A DNA stretch of 64,000 nt from the IMG/VR virus record IMGVR_UViG_3300034071_001673. One strand, given 5' to 3'. This DNA comes from an uncultured virus (IMG/VR IMGVR_UViG_3300034071_001673). Taxonomy: Duplodnaviria; Heunggongvirae; Uroviricota; Caudoviricetes. A program made the translations under genes and the position numbers. Under the pieces are notes generated by a model. It was not told the DNA's origin. It saw nothing but the letters and a program-made list of their open reading frames with translations, and did no database searches. Below, piece after piece: positions 40,681 to 51,399 of the stretch (positions within the stretch are counted from its first letter, which is position 1; each line of letters starts with the position of its first letter).

Positions 40681-42756
40681 TTAGGTTACTTTAACAATAT
40701 CAATTGAAACTTGAGATTGATTGTCAATGTCTAGTGTAATGATTGTATTTCGAGCAGAATTAAACAGAGTGTTCTTTGGGGTTGCATAGAACTTCAAGAT
40801 TTTAAAATTATCTCTAACATCGATTGGGCTAAATTGCGTAAGAGTAATTGTTCCAGTAATATAGTCGATCACACCTGCAGAATCAGAATAAATCACTTTG
40901 ATGTTATTATTATCGAAATAGTAAGATCTTAATCTGCCAGTCGTGTTTTCCACGATTGGTTTTAAGATAATATTTGTCAATAAATTATTATCTTGATCAT
41001 ATGCTCTAATTGCTGCAGTCGTATAATCCGCACCAGGCTTTTTAACATTGACTGCTGTAATCTTTCCGTTTGTTACAATAGCCTCAAGTTCAGCACCGAT
41101 ACCATCACCAATAACGTCAAGTCTTGGCGTGGTTGTTAATCCAGAACCACCAAGAACAACTTGAACTGAAGAGACACCAGTAGAAGACAATGGAACTTCT
41201 TCAAAGTAGAATTCGCGCAAGATGCCTTCGTTGTCATATGCAGTATATGCAGGGCTTGAACTGATTCTATCAGCACCTGTTGAACGTTTTAATTCAGTGT
41301 AGTATTTGATGACGTAACTTCTAGATGTACCAAGTATTGGTGTTAGTCGTTTTTCGATCTTAACGTCAACATCATTACTTACAATTGATGGATGTGCCAT
41401 GTCAATTTCATGCATTAATCTTGAGATCTTAAAGTATGAATTGAATTGATCCAAGTAGGTATTTGCATATCCATTAATTTTATCACGAACAAGAGTTGAG
41501 AGTTCGCCTGGAGTTAAAGTCGTTGCAGTCGGATCATATGTAACTTTTACATTTAAATTTAAGAAGTTATAATCTGGATCAACGAACTCAGGCGTCACTG
41601 TCAAAATACTAATTGGATCAATAACTGTATTAATGATATAGTCTTTTTCTGTTCTAGAAATTTCGTATCCAGCTGCAGGTTTAGCTGAAACAAACACTTT
41701 ACCATAAACTGGAGGAATATTTTCTTCACCACCCCAAACGTTTACTGATTCGAATGCAGGGTATCTTTGTTGAATCAATGCAATATAATCGTTCTTAGTT
41801 ATCGCTCTGCCATTTGAGGCATATGATTTTGGTGCGATATTTTTAATCTTCTCGATTGACTCTGCAGCGGCACCGCCCAAAGCAATTTGATCAACGACGA
41901 TGGTGCCTTCAGTTAAGCCACCAACAGAATCCATCAATCTAAATCCTTTTGCTTTATTTGCTTCTGCGCCTTTACTTACGACATAAGAAACAATAACGAT
42001 ATTTCCATCAGAAAGTTTCTTTCCAAGAATATCATCTCCAAAATAAATCTTATAATTTCCATTAGTGATTTCGTCTAGGAAATAAACTTTACTTGTTTGA
42101 GATAAGATTGTTGAATCTGTTGCAAGAGTATATGTTTCTTGTGTTAAATCTAAACTTGAATTTTGCACAATCACTTCAAGAGTTGACGTGTCAATGTTTT
42201 GATCTAGAAGTTTAAATTCTTGAAGAGGATTGATCAGCTCATTGTATACAAAAACCTGAGAAACAGGATTGCCTTCATAAATCTCTAGATCTGCAAAGGT
42301 AAATGCATTATTTGATTTAGTTACAGTGACTTCATCTAAATTTGTGAAGATATAATTGACGCCATCAATTGCTGATGATGCAAATCGTGTGAACTTCGGA
42401 AGAGTTAGCGAAGTGATGGATCCAACTCCAGGATTATTTGCCAATGTGAAACTTAAATCGATTTTTGCTTGAGCACTGCGAATGGAAGAAGGAGTGTATC
42501 CTAACATCTTCGCATGAGAAACAACAGAGTCTCTCAGTGCGGCGGTATCTAAAAACGACTCATTTGCAATCATATTCATATAGAATGATAGGTAATGAGT
42601 ATTATATGACAATAGATCGATCAATTGAGATAAAGTTGATCCCTCAAAGTCGTAATCTGCAAACGTACTCTGAGACTTCAAAAAGTTCTTGAGACTCGCC
42701 TTTATTGTAAAGAAATCTGGTTCTGAAATAACGAGTTTACTTTCGACATTTGCCAT
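40681..42756 (-). CDS. gp6: Baseplate wedge subunit gp6
   Basis: DYDFEGS, LSYNTHY, ESFLDTA.LR.SVVSHAK.LGY and RAIT..DY motifs. Confidence 0.9.
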   Translation of the reverse strand: MANVESKLVISEPDFFTIKASLKNFLKSQSTFADYDFEGSTLSQLIDLLSYNTHYLSFYMNMIANESFLDTAALRDSVVSHAKMLGYTPSSIRSAQAKIDLSFTLANNPGVGSITSLTLPKFTRFASSAIDGVNYIFTNLDEVTVTKSNNAFTFADLEIYEGNPVSQVFVYNELINPLQEFKLLDQNIDTSTLEVIVQNSSLDLTQETYTLATDSTILSQTSKVYFLDEITNGNYKIYFGDDILGKKLSDGNIVIVSYVVSKGAEANKAKGFRLMDSVGGLTEGTIVVDQIALGGAAAESIEKIKNIAPKSYASNGRAITKNDYIALIQQRYPAFESVNVWGGEENIPPVYGKVFVSAKPAAGYEISRTEKDYIINTVIDPISILTVTPEFVDPDYNFLNLNVKVTYDPTATTLTPGELSTLVRDKINGYANTYLDQFNSYFKISRLMHEIDMAHPSIVSNDVDVKIEKRLTPILGTSRSYVIKYYTELKRSTGADRISSSPAYTAYDNEGILREFYFEEVPLSSTGVSSVQVVLGGSGLTTTPRLDVIGDGIGAELEAIVTNGKITAVNVKKPGADYTTAAIRAYDQDNNLLTNIILKPIVENTTGRLRSYYFDNNNIKVIYSDSAGVIDYITGTITLTQFSPIDVRDNFKILKFYATPKNTLFNSARNTIITLDIDNQSQVSIDIVKVT

Positions 42757-42757
42757 G

Positions 42758-43150
42758 TTATCTTAACCTTTGCAAAAATATAGCCGTTGTGACTGGTCTT
42801 ATAGAGTTTAGTAAGTAGAATCGAATCGTAACATCGAATCCATCTGCATCAAAATTAGGCGATACACTTACATAATCTACTTTTACTCTTGGCTCAAAAT
42901 TTGTAATACTTGTGAGGATTTCTTCTCTAATGTTCATAGCAGTCATGTCATCGAGAGGTTCGAATAACTGCGAAAACACATCGGAACCAAATAAAGGAGT
43001 AAACCGACGTTCTCCTTTATTCGTCAATACAATGTTTTTAACCGATGCAATAATGGCGTTTTCGTTTAATTTGAGTGCAACATCTCCAGTCACAGGATGT
43101 TTTGTGAACTTTAGATCCAGATCAGAATAAACGCGAACAGCTCTTGCCAT
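42758..43150 (-). CDS. gp25: Baseplate wedge subunit gp25
   Basis: YSDLDL.F..HP, GERRF.P.FGS and FEPRV motifs. Confidence 0.9.
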   Translation of the reverse strand: MARAVRVYSDLDLKFTKHPVTGDVALKLNENAIIASVKNIVLTNKGERRFTPLFGSDVFSQLFEPLDDMTAMNIREEILTSITNFEPRVKVDYVSVSPNFDADGFDVTIRFYLLNSIRPVTTAIFLQRLR

Positions 43151-43170
43151 TTATGAGTCCTCTAAATGAT

Positions 43171-43178
43171 TATTTATG
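43171..43178 (-). promoter_or_regulatory. Late promoter-like element (CATAAATA)
   Basis: Overlaps the gp5 stop, upstream of gp25. Confidence 0.45.
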
Positions 43179-46137
43179 TCTTAGACGGACGAAGAATTGC
43201 AACAATTTGCGCACCTCCGCTGCTGACAAGAGAGACGTCACCAATGCGACCATCACCGATATTACCGTTATACGGTGGTTGAGATCCTCCGATAAAGGTT
43301 AGAGATCCATTTATGTTTTCATAAACGAAGTTGGTATGGTCATTATTCCACAAAACAACATCTCCAGGCTGAGCATCTGATGGCTTAACACGAGTGAAAC
43401 GATAATCATCGATTCGAATTTCAAGATCTCTTGGATTTGGAGTCTGAACATATCGATAGCCATTCTGTTTCAATCCGAAGTTGACGAATGCGATTGCCCA
43501 TCTCGATTGATCGCTCAAATTCCAAAATTCTCTAGAGAATCCGAGATTTCTCCAGAGATCAGTGATATTTGGATTCGACGGTTCGATTCTACCAGAAATT
43601 TCAACACCAGTTTCTCTCCAATAACCGTTTGCTGCGAGAACTAATTGTTTTCTCAGCCAAGCAGATATATCCGCACCATCATTAATCACAATCAAACTCT
43701 CTCCCACAACATCATTAAAGATCACATCAGAGCCTGAAGTTGATGGTGGTGCAATAAATCTCTTAACGTTTGAATATGGTGAAGAATATGCATAAGGATT
43801 TGCAAGATAATCTCTTAATAACTTATTGTTTTCTTCTGTTATCGAGTCTTTAAATCTAAAGATTCTATCTGGTTCTAGATGTTTTTGTGTATCAGTTGGA
43901 GTTCCTAATTTAATTGGTTTCTCAAGATAAGATGTCGCATTTACAACTTCTTGCACTTGATTTACATTAATTTGGAACTGATCAGCGATTTCGATTAGAA
44001 CAAATTGCTCTTCACTGCTATTTCTTCTCATTCTATCCTTGTTCGTTTTATCTTCATGATACAAGTAAACAATACCATTTGCATCTATCGCAGGCATGCG
44101 AGTTAAGGAAGGATCTGGTATCAATGCAGCAATTCCTCCGCTGCCTGCTACAGATAGAACATGAGAATCCCCGTTCGAATCATATCCTGTCGCTTCCATA
44201 TTGGTCGCACCAGCATTTAACAATCCATTAATCTCAACAGAGGATCCAGTGACTCGAGTTGAACTTCCTTTTAGGTGAAGAACATTACTTGAAGTGAAGT
44301 ATCCATTTCCTACACTGTTGATTGAGATATTTCCAGAGGATTGGATCGCCACGTTTCCAGATCTATAATGAATCGTATTCGCAACGTTGAAGTATTGATT
44401 TGATTTAGAGTAAAGAGTGAAATCATTCGCAGTTGATATGTTAGAAGTATTCGAATTTATAATAAGTTTATCATCAACTGAAATGTATTGATTATTAGCA
44501 GTGATTGTCGATGTATTTGCAATGTCGAAGTGCAGAGTATTGGCTCGCATATTAAATGCGCCACCAACCGATACATTCATATTTGCACTCACATTTGCCT
44601 CTAGATTATTCTCGACTTGCAAGAAACAATCACCAACGACTTTAATATGAGCGTTAGATTCTAAGACAATATTAACCTTTCCTGCAACATAAAGATAATC
44701 ATCGTTGAGAACAATTCTATAATTACTCTTGACGACTTTTTCTACTTTAGTTCCACTTGGATAAAATTCAACAAAACTTCCAGATCTATGCGCTAGATGA
44801 ACACGCTCACTTCCAGGAGTATCATCAAGTTCGAACACATGACCAGATTCTGTTTCCATAGCCTTGTTATATGGATATTCAGCTATGTATGGAGAGGCAG
44901 GTTCTGACCATGATTGATCATTTGCTCCAATTGCAATGATTGAAGATCGCTCTCGGAATTTTTGTGTAACGCTCTTTTCTAATGAGGTTGCAAAATCATT
45001 CAATGAAGGCTTGCCTTGCTCTTCTGGAAGCGGATACTTTAGAGATTTTGCATCTGAATCTGCAGATAAATCTGATTCGTGAATTTGAACACCAAGTCCA
45101 GCCCCTGCAGCTGAGATTGGATTTCTTTTTGTTAAAGTATTTCTTCTTTGCTCAGCCAATGATGACTTTGGAATTGATTTGAATAGATTAGCAGCAATAT
45201 GTGACAGCGAATCTTCACTGATCAGATATTTCCCAGTTGAAGATTTGAGTTTATCGGAACTGATTAACTGAGCTGCTCTAACGAGGTCGCCAGAAGTGAT
45301 TGCAGAACGAACACCGATTCTCTCAAAATCCACATTAAGACCGATGTGATACGCATGAAACGCCAAACCTGCTTTTTGAGCAACGTTTAATCCGTTCCAA
45401 ACACCATCGCTAATTGAACTTCGAGCGCGATTTATAGAGTTGTTAATATCAATTCGAAGAAGTGCTGTTGCTTGTTGTGGTGTTATAACAGTGTCAATTC
45501 CATTAATACCATAAATTGGCACTGTCTCAAAAGAACTGATTGAAACATAACCTTGTCGTAATTCTTGTTGTGTAAACTGATGATCATATCCGATCATACT
45601 CTGATCACTTTCTGTAAGAGACTGTTTGGCTTTTAAAGACAATGGAACATGCAATTTGATACTATTCTCAATGATTTTCAATAATCCGATTCCATCATTA
45701 ATAATATTCGCACTCACTGGATTTTCTGTTCCAGTTCTAGCCTCAGGATAATCAATGGCTGATGGTTTTCTTGGTGAGTTTCTTATTTTACTTGCATCTC
45801 TAACGTCACCAAATCCGCGACCATCTGGAGGATTTTGTTTATTAATTCCAGGAAGAACTCCTAGAATGGCTGGTGATTGAGCGAATGATCCATCAAGGAA
45901 AAACCCAACAACATACTCGCCTTCTTTTGGTGCAGAGAATGATTCGTTGTTATTGACAGAATATACTGGAATTGCCCATGGTAAATCTTCTGTTGGGATT
46001 GCAACAGTATCATCTGTGTGTATTCCAAAGATGCGAACACGACATCTTCCAATCTTTTCTGGATCATTGCGATCTTCAACGACGCCAATCCACCATTGAA
46101 ATCCGTCTTGTCCAATAAAATTCTTTCTTAATTTCAT
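43174..46137 (-). CDS. gp5: Baseplate hub/needle gp5 with degenerate lysozyme-like and CHAP-like domains
   Basis: N-terminal GVVEDRNDP..GRCRVR OB-fold, YPYNK..ETESGHVFELDDTPG.ER and beta-helix repeats. Confidence 0.85.
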   Translation of the reverse strand: MKLRKNFIGQDGFQWWIGVVEDRNDPEKIGRCRVRIFGIHTDDTVAIPTEDLPWAIPVYSVNNNESFSAPKEGEYVVGFFLDGSFAQSPAILGVLPGINKQNPPDGRGFGDVRDASKIRNSPRKPSAIDYPEARTGTENPVSANIINDGIGLLKIIENSIKLHVPLSLKAKQSLTESDQSMIGYDHQFTQQELRQGYVSISSFETVPIYGINGIDTVITPQQATALLRIDINNSINRARSSISDGVWNGLNVAQKAGLAFHAYHIGLNVDFERIGVRSAITSGDLVRAAQLISSDKLKSSTGKYLISEDSLSHIAANLFKSIPKSSLAEQRRNTLTKRNPISAAGAGLGVQIHESDLSADSDAKSLKYPLPEEQGKPSLNDFATSLEKSVTQKFRERSSIIAIGANDQSWSEPASPYIAEYPYNKAMETESGHVFELDDTPGSERVHLAHRSGSFVEFYPSGTKVEKVVKSNYRIVLNDDYLYVAGKVNIVLESNAHIKVVGDCFLQVENNLEANVSANMNVSVGGAFNMRANTLHFDIANTSTITANNQYISVDDKLIINSNTSNISTANDFTLYSKSNQYFNVANTIHYRSGNVAIQSSGNISINSVGNGYFTSSNVLHLKGSSTRVTGSSVEINGLLNAGATNMEATGYDSNGDSHVLSVAGSGGIAALIPDPSLTRMPAIDANGIVYLYHEDKTNKDRMRRNSSEEQFVLIEIADQFQINVNQVQEVVNATSYLEKPIKLGTPTDTQKHLEPDRIFRFKDSITEENNKLLRDYLANPYAYSSPYSNVKRFIAPPSTSGSDVIFNDVVGESLIVINDGADISAWLRKQLVLAANGYWRETGVEISGRIEPSNPNITDLWRNLGFSREFWNLSDQSRWAIAFVNFGLKQNGYRYVQTPNPRDLEIRIDDYRFTRVKPSDAQPGDVVLWNNDHTNFVYENINGSLTFIGGSQPPYNGNIGDGRIGDVSLVSSGGAQIVAILRPSKT

Positions 46138-47462
46138 GAGTTAATTACCAAATTCCACGCAGAATTAAATTGTGGGTTAAATCCTATATTGACATTCACT
46201 GAGTCTTTGCAAAGCTCTGCATGACAATAGTAATAATTTTCAATAAGTTGATGACGTATTCCAGTGATTAGATATCTTCCTGACATCATATTGTCTTCTT
46301 TGATATTATTTGGATCTGTTTGTGCATCATTTTTAGGCAAACTGACATTCACAATATCGCCGACTGACAACGAACTATCCCCTGGCAGATCAACATGCAA
46401 TCTTGTGTTATTTAAGAGAGCTATTCGAGCAGCACGCGAAAGTAACCATTTACTTGTGAGCATGTCTTGAAATTTAGGAAACATGCGAACATAACCAGAA
46501 GCCTGATTTAAAGAATTGCCCATTCTATTTTTTGCGTAACTATACGGCAAATATTCATTCAACAGTTTAAGAGATGACTGATTCACACCAAACTGTTCGT
46601 ATTCAGTCGTTCGATTCATAATATCAAGTTTCAATAGTTCAGATGCGTATGCTCCATTATTCATGCTATCCAAAACATCAAATACTTGTTTAAATTCCAT
46701 CTCATCTAATTTATCATGTCTTGATCCGATGGATTCTAAGAAGTTTTGATTTTTTGGTGAGTAATAAATTGTTTTCTTTGCTGGTCTGGAATATAAACTG
46801 CTCAAGGAAACAAAATTAAAGCCATTGATGTTCTCGTAAAACATGTATCCAGGAGATAAATCTTTTGGATTTATTGCAAAGGATGCAATCCAATTGATAG
46901 CCTCAAATGGTCTTAAGTTTGGAACAATTAGAGGACTTTTTTCTGGATTAATTAGTAGGCTTGATTGCTCGATGTTATCATCGGTTAGTTTTTCTGGAGA
47001 AATCTTTAAAAAATTTCTAGAAATAATTTTAATAATATCTGAAAGTCTACTCTCCTTAAATGATTTGGAGATGTAGTATTGTTGATTCAACATGAATTCT
47101 TCAGAGCAGAAATGCAATTTAAAAGTTGCATTTGATGTTCCACGCAAAGTATAATCACTTATCTTGTAGATTCTAAAAACTTTTTGATACCTTTGCATTC
47201 CAGGTGTGCTAAATGCGACAGAAATAAATTCGTTTCCGTGCATCTTCAATCTGTTTAGCAAATCATTTGAGTCAACAAGAGTCGCATCACCACTGATGAC
47301 ATTGTTGAACAGATCCTCGTATAAATTTATTTCTTGAAAAACGAAATCGACGTCAATGTTAACCCCAAGACAATTGATTAACTTTAATTCTGTTAAAGAA
47401 AAATCATACTCAGAGTACAGACCATCACCAGCTGATCTTCCGCTCGAATTAACATCTTTCAT
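46134..47462 (-). CDS. Baseplate hub protein (gp27-like / tail protein)
   Basis: Position between gp53 and gp5. INLYED, FYEN..GFNF and PGD..L.VGD...SGRYLIT.IRH motifs. Confidence 0.55.
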   Translation of the reverse strand: MKDVNSSGRSAGDGLYSEYDFSLTELKLINCLGVNIDVDFVFQEINLYEDLFNNVISGDATLVDSNDLLNRLKMHGNEFISVAFSTPGMQRYQKVFRIYKISDYTLRGTSNATFKLHFCSEEFMLNQQYYISKSFKESRLSDIIKIISRNFLKISPEKLTDDNIEQSSLLINPEKSPLIVPNLRPFEAINWIASFAINPKDLSPGYMFYENINGFNFVSLSSLYSRPAKKTIYYSPKNQNFLESIGSRHDKLDEMEFKQVFDVLDSMNNGAYASELLKLDIMNRTTEYEQFGVNQSSLKLLNEYLPYSYAKNRMGNSLNQASGYVRMFPKFQDMLTSKWLLSRAARIALLNNTRLHVDLPGDSSLSVGDIVNVSLPKNDAQTDPNNIKEDNMMSGRYLITGIRHQLIENYYYCHAELCKDSVNVNIGFNPQFNSAWNLVINS

Positions 47463-47463
47463 A

Positions 47464-48390
47464 TTATTTTGCCAGCATTAATGAACTAAATTGATTCTCA
47501 ATAGCACCGATTATTGAAGACTGTGGCACTATAATTTTTCTTCGCTCTTCGTTTAATTCAACCTCATAATCATAATATGATACAGGAGAAACTGTTGTTG
47601 CAATTGTCATTTGAGCATTTCCGCCAGTCACTGAACTTACAACATTAAATGTATTCGAATAAGAAGTATTTGTGTTGAGAGCAATTACAGTATTTGTTGA
47701 GTAATTAAATCCATTTGCTGTGATTCTATACTTTTTGACTTCAGAAAATGTTGGATCATCTGAGTTTGTTTTTGTCTCTGTTACTTCATAATGACTTACA
47801 GTGTTAACAGCCCACTGGTATCCATCTAAGTTGTTTGTGATTGCAATAACAGTATGTGTTTGCGCTGCCGAGTTAGCAGTTACACCTTTAATGGTGCTAC
47901 CATTTGCAAACATCTGAGAAGGAAATTTTAATTTTAAAACTTTATTTGTTGAATCATAGGCGACAATTGTTGCATCTGCTGTTGATTTATCGTAAGTAGA
48001 TGCCCCCTGATAGACAATCTCACCTGCAGTATAATAGGTTCCTGGAGTTGCATACGACTCCGCAGTGCTCAAACTTACATTAATTGATCCATACTTTTGT
48101 TTGATATATTTTTCAAAGTCATATGGACCTAGTGGCCAATCAAATTGAGGATCAATGATTTGATTGACAAGAAAAAGAATCCAATGTTTCTCAGGATTTC
48201 CATAAACTCTGTTCGCAATTTGCTCTGCTGTTTCTTCACCCTTTACTTCATATTTAAAAAATAAACTTTGATTTGACAGAATAGAGTCGATAAATTTAAC
48301 TCTAGCGAGCATATCTGGAACAATTTTTGCATTTGTTCCTTCTTTATTGATAGAGTATAATACTCTTGGAAATTTTGAGAAATAAGACAT
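47464..48390 (-). CDS. gp53: Baseplate wedge subunit gp53
   Basis: YFSKFP, LysM-like E.IA..VYG....HW, DWPL and YDYEVELNE.RR.I motifs. Confidence 0.85.
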   Translation of the reverse strand: MSYFSKFPRVLYSINKEGTNAKIVPDMLARVKFIDSILSNQSLFFKYEVKGEETAEQIANRVYGNPEKHWILFLVNQIIDPQFDWPLGPYDFEKYIKQKYGSINVSLSTAESYATPGTYYTAGEIVYQGASTYDKSTADATIVAYDSTNKVLKLKFPSQMFANGSTIKGVTANSAAQTHTVIAITNNLDGYQWAVNTVSHYEVTETKTNSDDPTFSEVKKYRITANGFNYSTNTVIALNTNTSYSNTFNVVSSVTGGNAQMTIATTVSPVSYYDYEVELNEERRKIIVPQSSIIGAIENQFSSLMLAK

Positions 48391-49589
48391 TAGTAACCGT
48401 TCTTAATATCGTTTTTAGTGAGAACGACGCTTTCTATAAATTCAAGATCAAGGCTTATAGAAACTGGAGTGCCGTCTTGGTGTGTTGCAAAGGTATCTAA
48501 CTGCGCTGCATAGTTTGTGTTGATCGAGGCTATCATGCATGTCGTAACTCTAGGCATCGCTAAATTTTCTACAAATTTTCCTGTGCTATCTCTACGAAGG
48601 AACTGAATTTCGAAATGATTTGGTGGAACCAAATATCGAGTTCCGCTACCTTCTGCAGCTGTGCCCTGTCCACCAGCATTCTCAGAGTGTGAATGGAATC
48701 TGAAGGTCTTAATGATTTTCTTAACTTCTTCTGCTTCTTTTAAATTTCTTGGAGCAAATCTAAATTGGAACAAGAAGGATCTTGGTTGCGTTCCACCGTA
48801 TGTCATTTCAAGCATCGGATTTAATGCATAACCGAGTCCTGATAGAATCGCTTCAGTTGATCGTGTCCCAAATATTCCTGCTCTTCCAGCCAGCTCTGCA
48901 AATACTTCTGTTCTTCCTAAAGCAGATCCAAGTCCACCTAAAGCAGCAGGAAATCCTGCGGAATATAGTCCTGCTCTACCTGAAGCCTGATTAATAGAAA
49001 TTGATTGATAATCATGTTTGTCTTGATTGATTACTGTATCAGGCATATACAAAGTGATTGAACTGTCTAATTCAACTGTTCTTTGTCCATAGGAAATGTC
49101 GCGACCACCAGTAAAAAATTCGATTCCATTTGCTCCAATTCCAATCAAATCTTCTGTAACTGTACCGATATTAAATTTAGAAGATTGAACTAGTGAACTT
49201 CTAAACAAAAAAGAAGTATTAAACGCACCTTGAGTTACAGGAAACTTTCTTGGTCTTCCAGGATCAAATTGATCTGGCGGATTTTTAAAAGATGGTGTTT
49301 CATTTGGGTCATCTAGGAACGATCTGCGCTGTGCATATGCAACGAAACGAACTGCATTCTTAAAACCACCACTCGGATCAGTCATATTAAGTGGATATCT
49401 TAAATGCTTTGGTTCAGATTTTGATCTAGATCTTCCAATTACATCGATGCCTTCTAAAAGTTCTGCATCTCGCGGAGCAGAACCAGGAGTTCTTCCAATG
49501 ACATTAATATCTGTCAAGACTTCATCGCCTCTTCGATCGACTCCAGGTCGTCGACCTATGACGTCGATGTTCTCTAATACTTCGGTCAT
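48390..49589 (-). CDS. gp48: Baseplate tail-tube cap gp48 with N-terminal repeat extension
   Basis: I.LYMPD, NP.LE..Y....RSF.F.F.FAPRN..EA and P..I.L.L.F.E motifs. Confidence 0.8.
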   Translation of the reverse strand: MTEVLENIDVIGRRPGVDRRGDEVLTDINVIGRTPGSAPRDAELLEGIDVIGRSRSKSEPKHLRYPLNMTDPSGGFKNAVRFVAYAQRRSFLDDPNETPSFKNPPDQFDPGRPRKFPVTQGAFNTSFLFRSSLVQSSKFNIGTVTEDLIGIGANGIEFFTGGRDISYGQRTVELDSSITLYMPDTVINQDKHDYQSISINQASGRAGLYSAGFPAALGGLGSALGRTEVFAELAGRAGIFGTRSTEAILSGLGYALNPMLEMTYGGTQPRSFLFQFRFAPRNLKEAEEVKKIIKTFRFHSHSENAGGQGTAAEGSGTRYLVPPNHFEIQFLRRDSTGKFVENLAMPRVTTCMIASINTNYAAQLDTFATHQDGTPVSISLDLEFIESVVLTKNDIKNGY

Positions 49590-49599
49590 TGAGATTTCC

Positions 49600-49607
49600 T
49601 ATAAATA
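49600..49607 (+). promoter_or_regulatory. T4 late promoter TATAAATA
   Basis: Exact consensus 4 nt before the gp4 ATG at the divergence point. Confidence 0.75.
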
Positions 49608-49611
49608 ATTG

Positions 49612-50046
49612 ATGGCATACAGCGGCAAATACAGTCCGAAAAACATCAGTAAATATTTAGGTGACCATACGAACATTTGGTATCGATCGTTATGGGAACG
49701 CCGAGTCATGGTGCATCTGGATGAAAATCCAAGTGTAATCGGATGGTCGAACGAAGAGATCGTTATTCCTTATTTATCCCCAGTAGATGGAAGATGGCAT
49801 CGGTACTTTCCAGACTTTTTCGTGAAAGTTAAGAATAGAAATGGTCTAGAAGAAAGTATGATTCTAGAAGTTAAGCCAAAGAGTCAAGCATCTCCTCCTA
49901 AACCAAAGAGTCGTATCACAAAGCAATACATCCAAGAAGTTGCAACTTGGGGTGTGAACGAAGCAAAGTGGAAGGCAGCAAATGAATACTGTATGGATAG
50001 AAAATGGAGATTTAGTCTAATCACAGAGGATGAATTAGGAATCTGA
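49612..50046 (+). CDS. gp4: Head completion nuclease gp4
   Basis: YSGKY.P.N..KY.GD, YRSLWE, HRYFPDF, EVKP and N.AKW.AA motifs. Confidence 0.9.
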   Translation: MAYSGKYSPKNISKYLGDHTNIWYRSLWERRVMVHLDENPSVIGWSNEEIVIPYLSPVDGRWHRYFPDFFVKVKNRNGLEESMILEVKPKSQASPPKPKSRITKQYIQEVATWGVNEAKWKAANEYCMDRKWRFSLITEDELGI

Positions 50047-50597
50047 TGGGAGCACTACTCGAAAAAATTGAAAAGGGAATGGCAAAGAAAGGGATCAAGC
50101 CAAGAACTGAAGAAGCCAAAAAGTTCATACAAGGCATGGTAGCCAAAGCCTCAATTCCATCCAATAGATCTAATATTCTGAACGATGCAAAGCGAGTTAC
50201 TGCATTCGCTGCAGTTGGAAGAATGTTCTTCTTTCGATATGATCCACTCACAAAAGAAAGACTCTCGCAATGGGATGAATTTCCTCTAGTTCTTCCAATG
50301 GTTGTAGATGGTGATGGGTTCGCTGGCATCAATCTACACTTTCTAGGTCCAGGAGAAAGAATGAGTATTCTGGATGGATTGTCGATGTTCTTAAACAACG
50401 ATAAATATGACGATTCTACAAGATTTTTATTGTCCTATGATCTCCTATCCAACATGAGCCAATTCTCTGGTGCTGTTCGAAGTTGCTATAGAAGATATCT
50501 TTATGATCAACTAGTTTCACCACTGATATATGTAGAACCAAACTTCTGGGAGACTGCAGTATTTCTTCCAGTTGAACGAATGAGGAGTTTTGGTTAA
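50046..50597 (+). CDS. gp2: DNA end protector gp2
   Basis: F.YDP.TK..L..WD.FPLV, GINLHFL and W.TA.FLP motifs. Confidence 0.85.
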   Translation: MGALLEKIEKGMAKKGIKPRTEEAKKFIQGMVAKASIPSNRSNILNDAKRVTAFAAVGRMFFFRYDPLTKERLSQWDEFPLVLPMVVDGDGFAGINLHFLGPGERMSILDGLSMFLNNDKYDDSTRFLLSYDLLSNMSQFSGAVRSCYRRYLYDQLVSPLIYVEPNFWETAVFLPVERMRSFG

Positions 50598-51385
50598 TGG
50601 CGCTCAATCCAAGAAAAACACTAAACATCAACAACTTTCTCTCAGAGGTTCGAAAGAGCGGATTTTCACGACTCAATAAGATTGCCATTGTAATCAAGCC
50701 ACCAACAGAACTAGTCAACATTCTGAATTATAAAAATAAAGATAATTATCTCACATACTATGCTGAGTCTGTTTTGATTCCAGGATATGAGATACTCACA
50801 AACGATCTTTACTTGGGTGGACCAAAAATGAACATCCCAGTTCGTTCTGAGTATAAAGATGTCTCAACCACATTCTTAGTTGATGATGATATGCGTCAAA
50901 AAACCTTCTTTGATGCTTGGTTGAATTATATCAATCCAAAAGAAAATAAATTCGACTTTAGATATAGAGATGATTACATCGGAGAAATTGATGTGTATCA
51001 AATCTCCGAAGATGGAAATAGGATTTCATATGGAGTGAGATTATATGAAGTATTTCCGATTGCTGTGAGTGAAGTAAAGGGATCATGGGCTGAGCAAGAA
51101 GCAGTAAGAATAGATGTCAACTTCTCATATCGTTACTGGAGAAGTTTCAATGCAGACCGATATGAACGAAATGATAACGAGGCACCAGAAGTCCTTGAAG
51201 ATATTGAGGTCGTTGGAAGAGCAGCAGACAGAGAAGTTCTTACTGGTATCGATGTTGTTGGAAGAACTGGTGATGGAAATGAGGTTTTGACAGATATTGA
51301 TGTCAGAGGAACAACAAGTGACAGAGAAGTCTTGACGAGCATTGATGTGGTGGGTCGAGGAAGAAGAAACGTCGACCCACGATAA
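50597..51385 (+). CDS. gp54: Baseplate tail-tube initiator gp54-like (gp19 fold) with C-terminal repeat extension
   Basis: Tube-like motifs (F..W...I, Y.DDY.G.I, L.E.FP..V, V.FSYRYW) and synteny after gp2. Confidence 0.65.
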   Translation: MALNPRKTLNINNFLSEVRKSGFSRLNKIAIVIKPPTELVNILNYKNKDNYLTYYAESVLIPGYEILTNDLYLGGPKMNIPVRSEYKDVSTTFLVDDDMRQKTFFDAWLNYINPKENKFDFRYRDDYIGEIDVYQISEDGNRISYGVRLYEVFPIAVSEVKGSWAEQEAVRIDVNFSYRYWRSFNADRYERNDNEAPEVLEDIEVVGRAADREVLTGIDVVGRTGDGNEVLTDIDVRGTTSDREVLTSIDVVGRGRRNVDPR

Positions 51386-51399
51386 CTATGGAGTGATTT

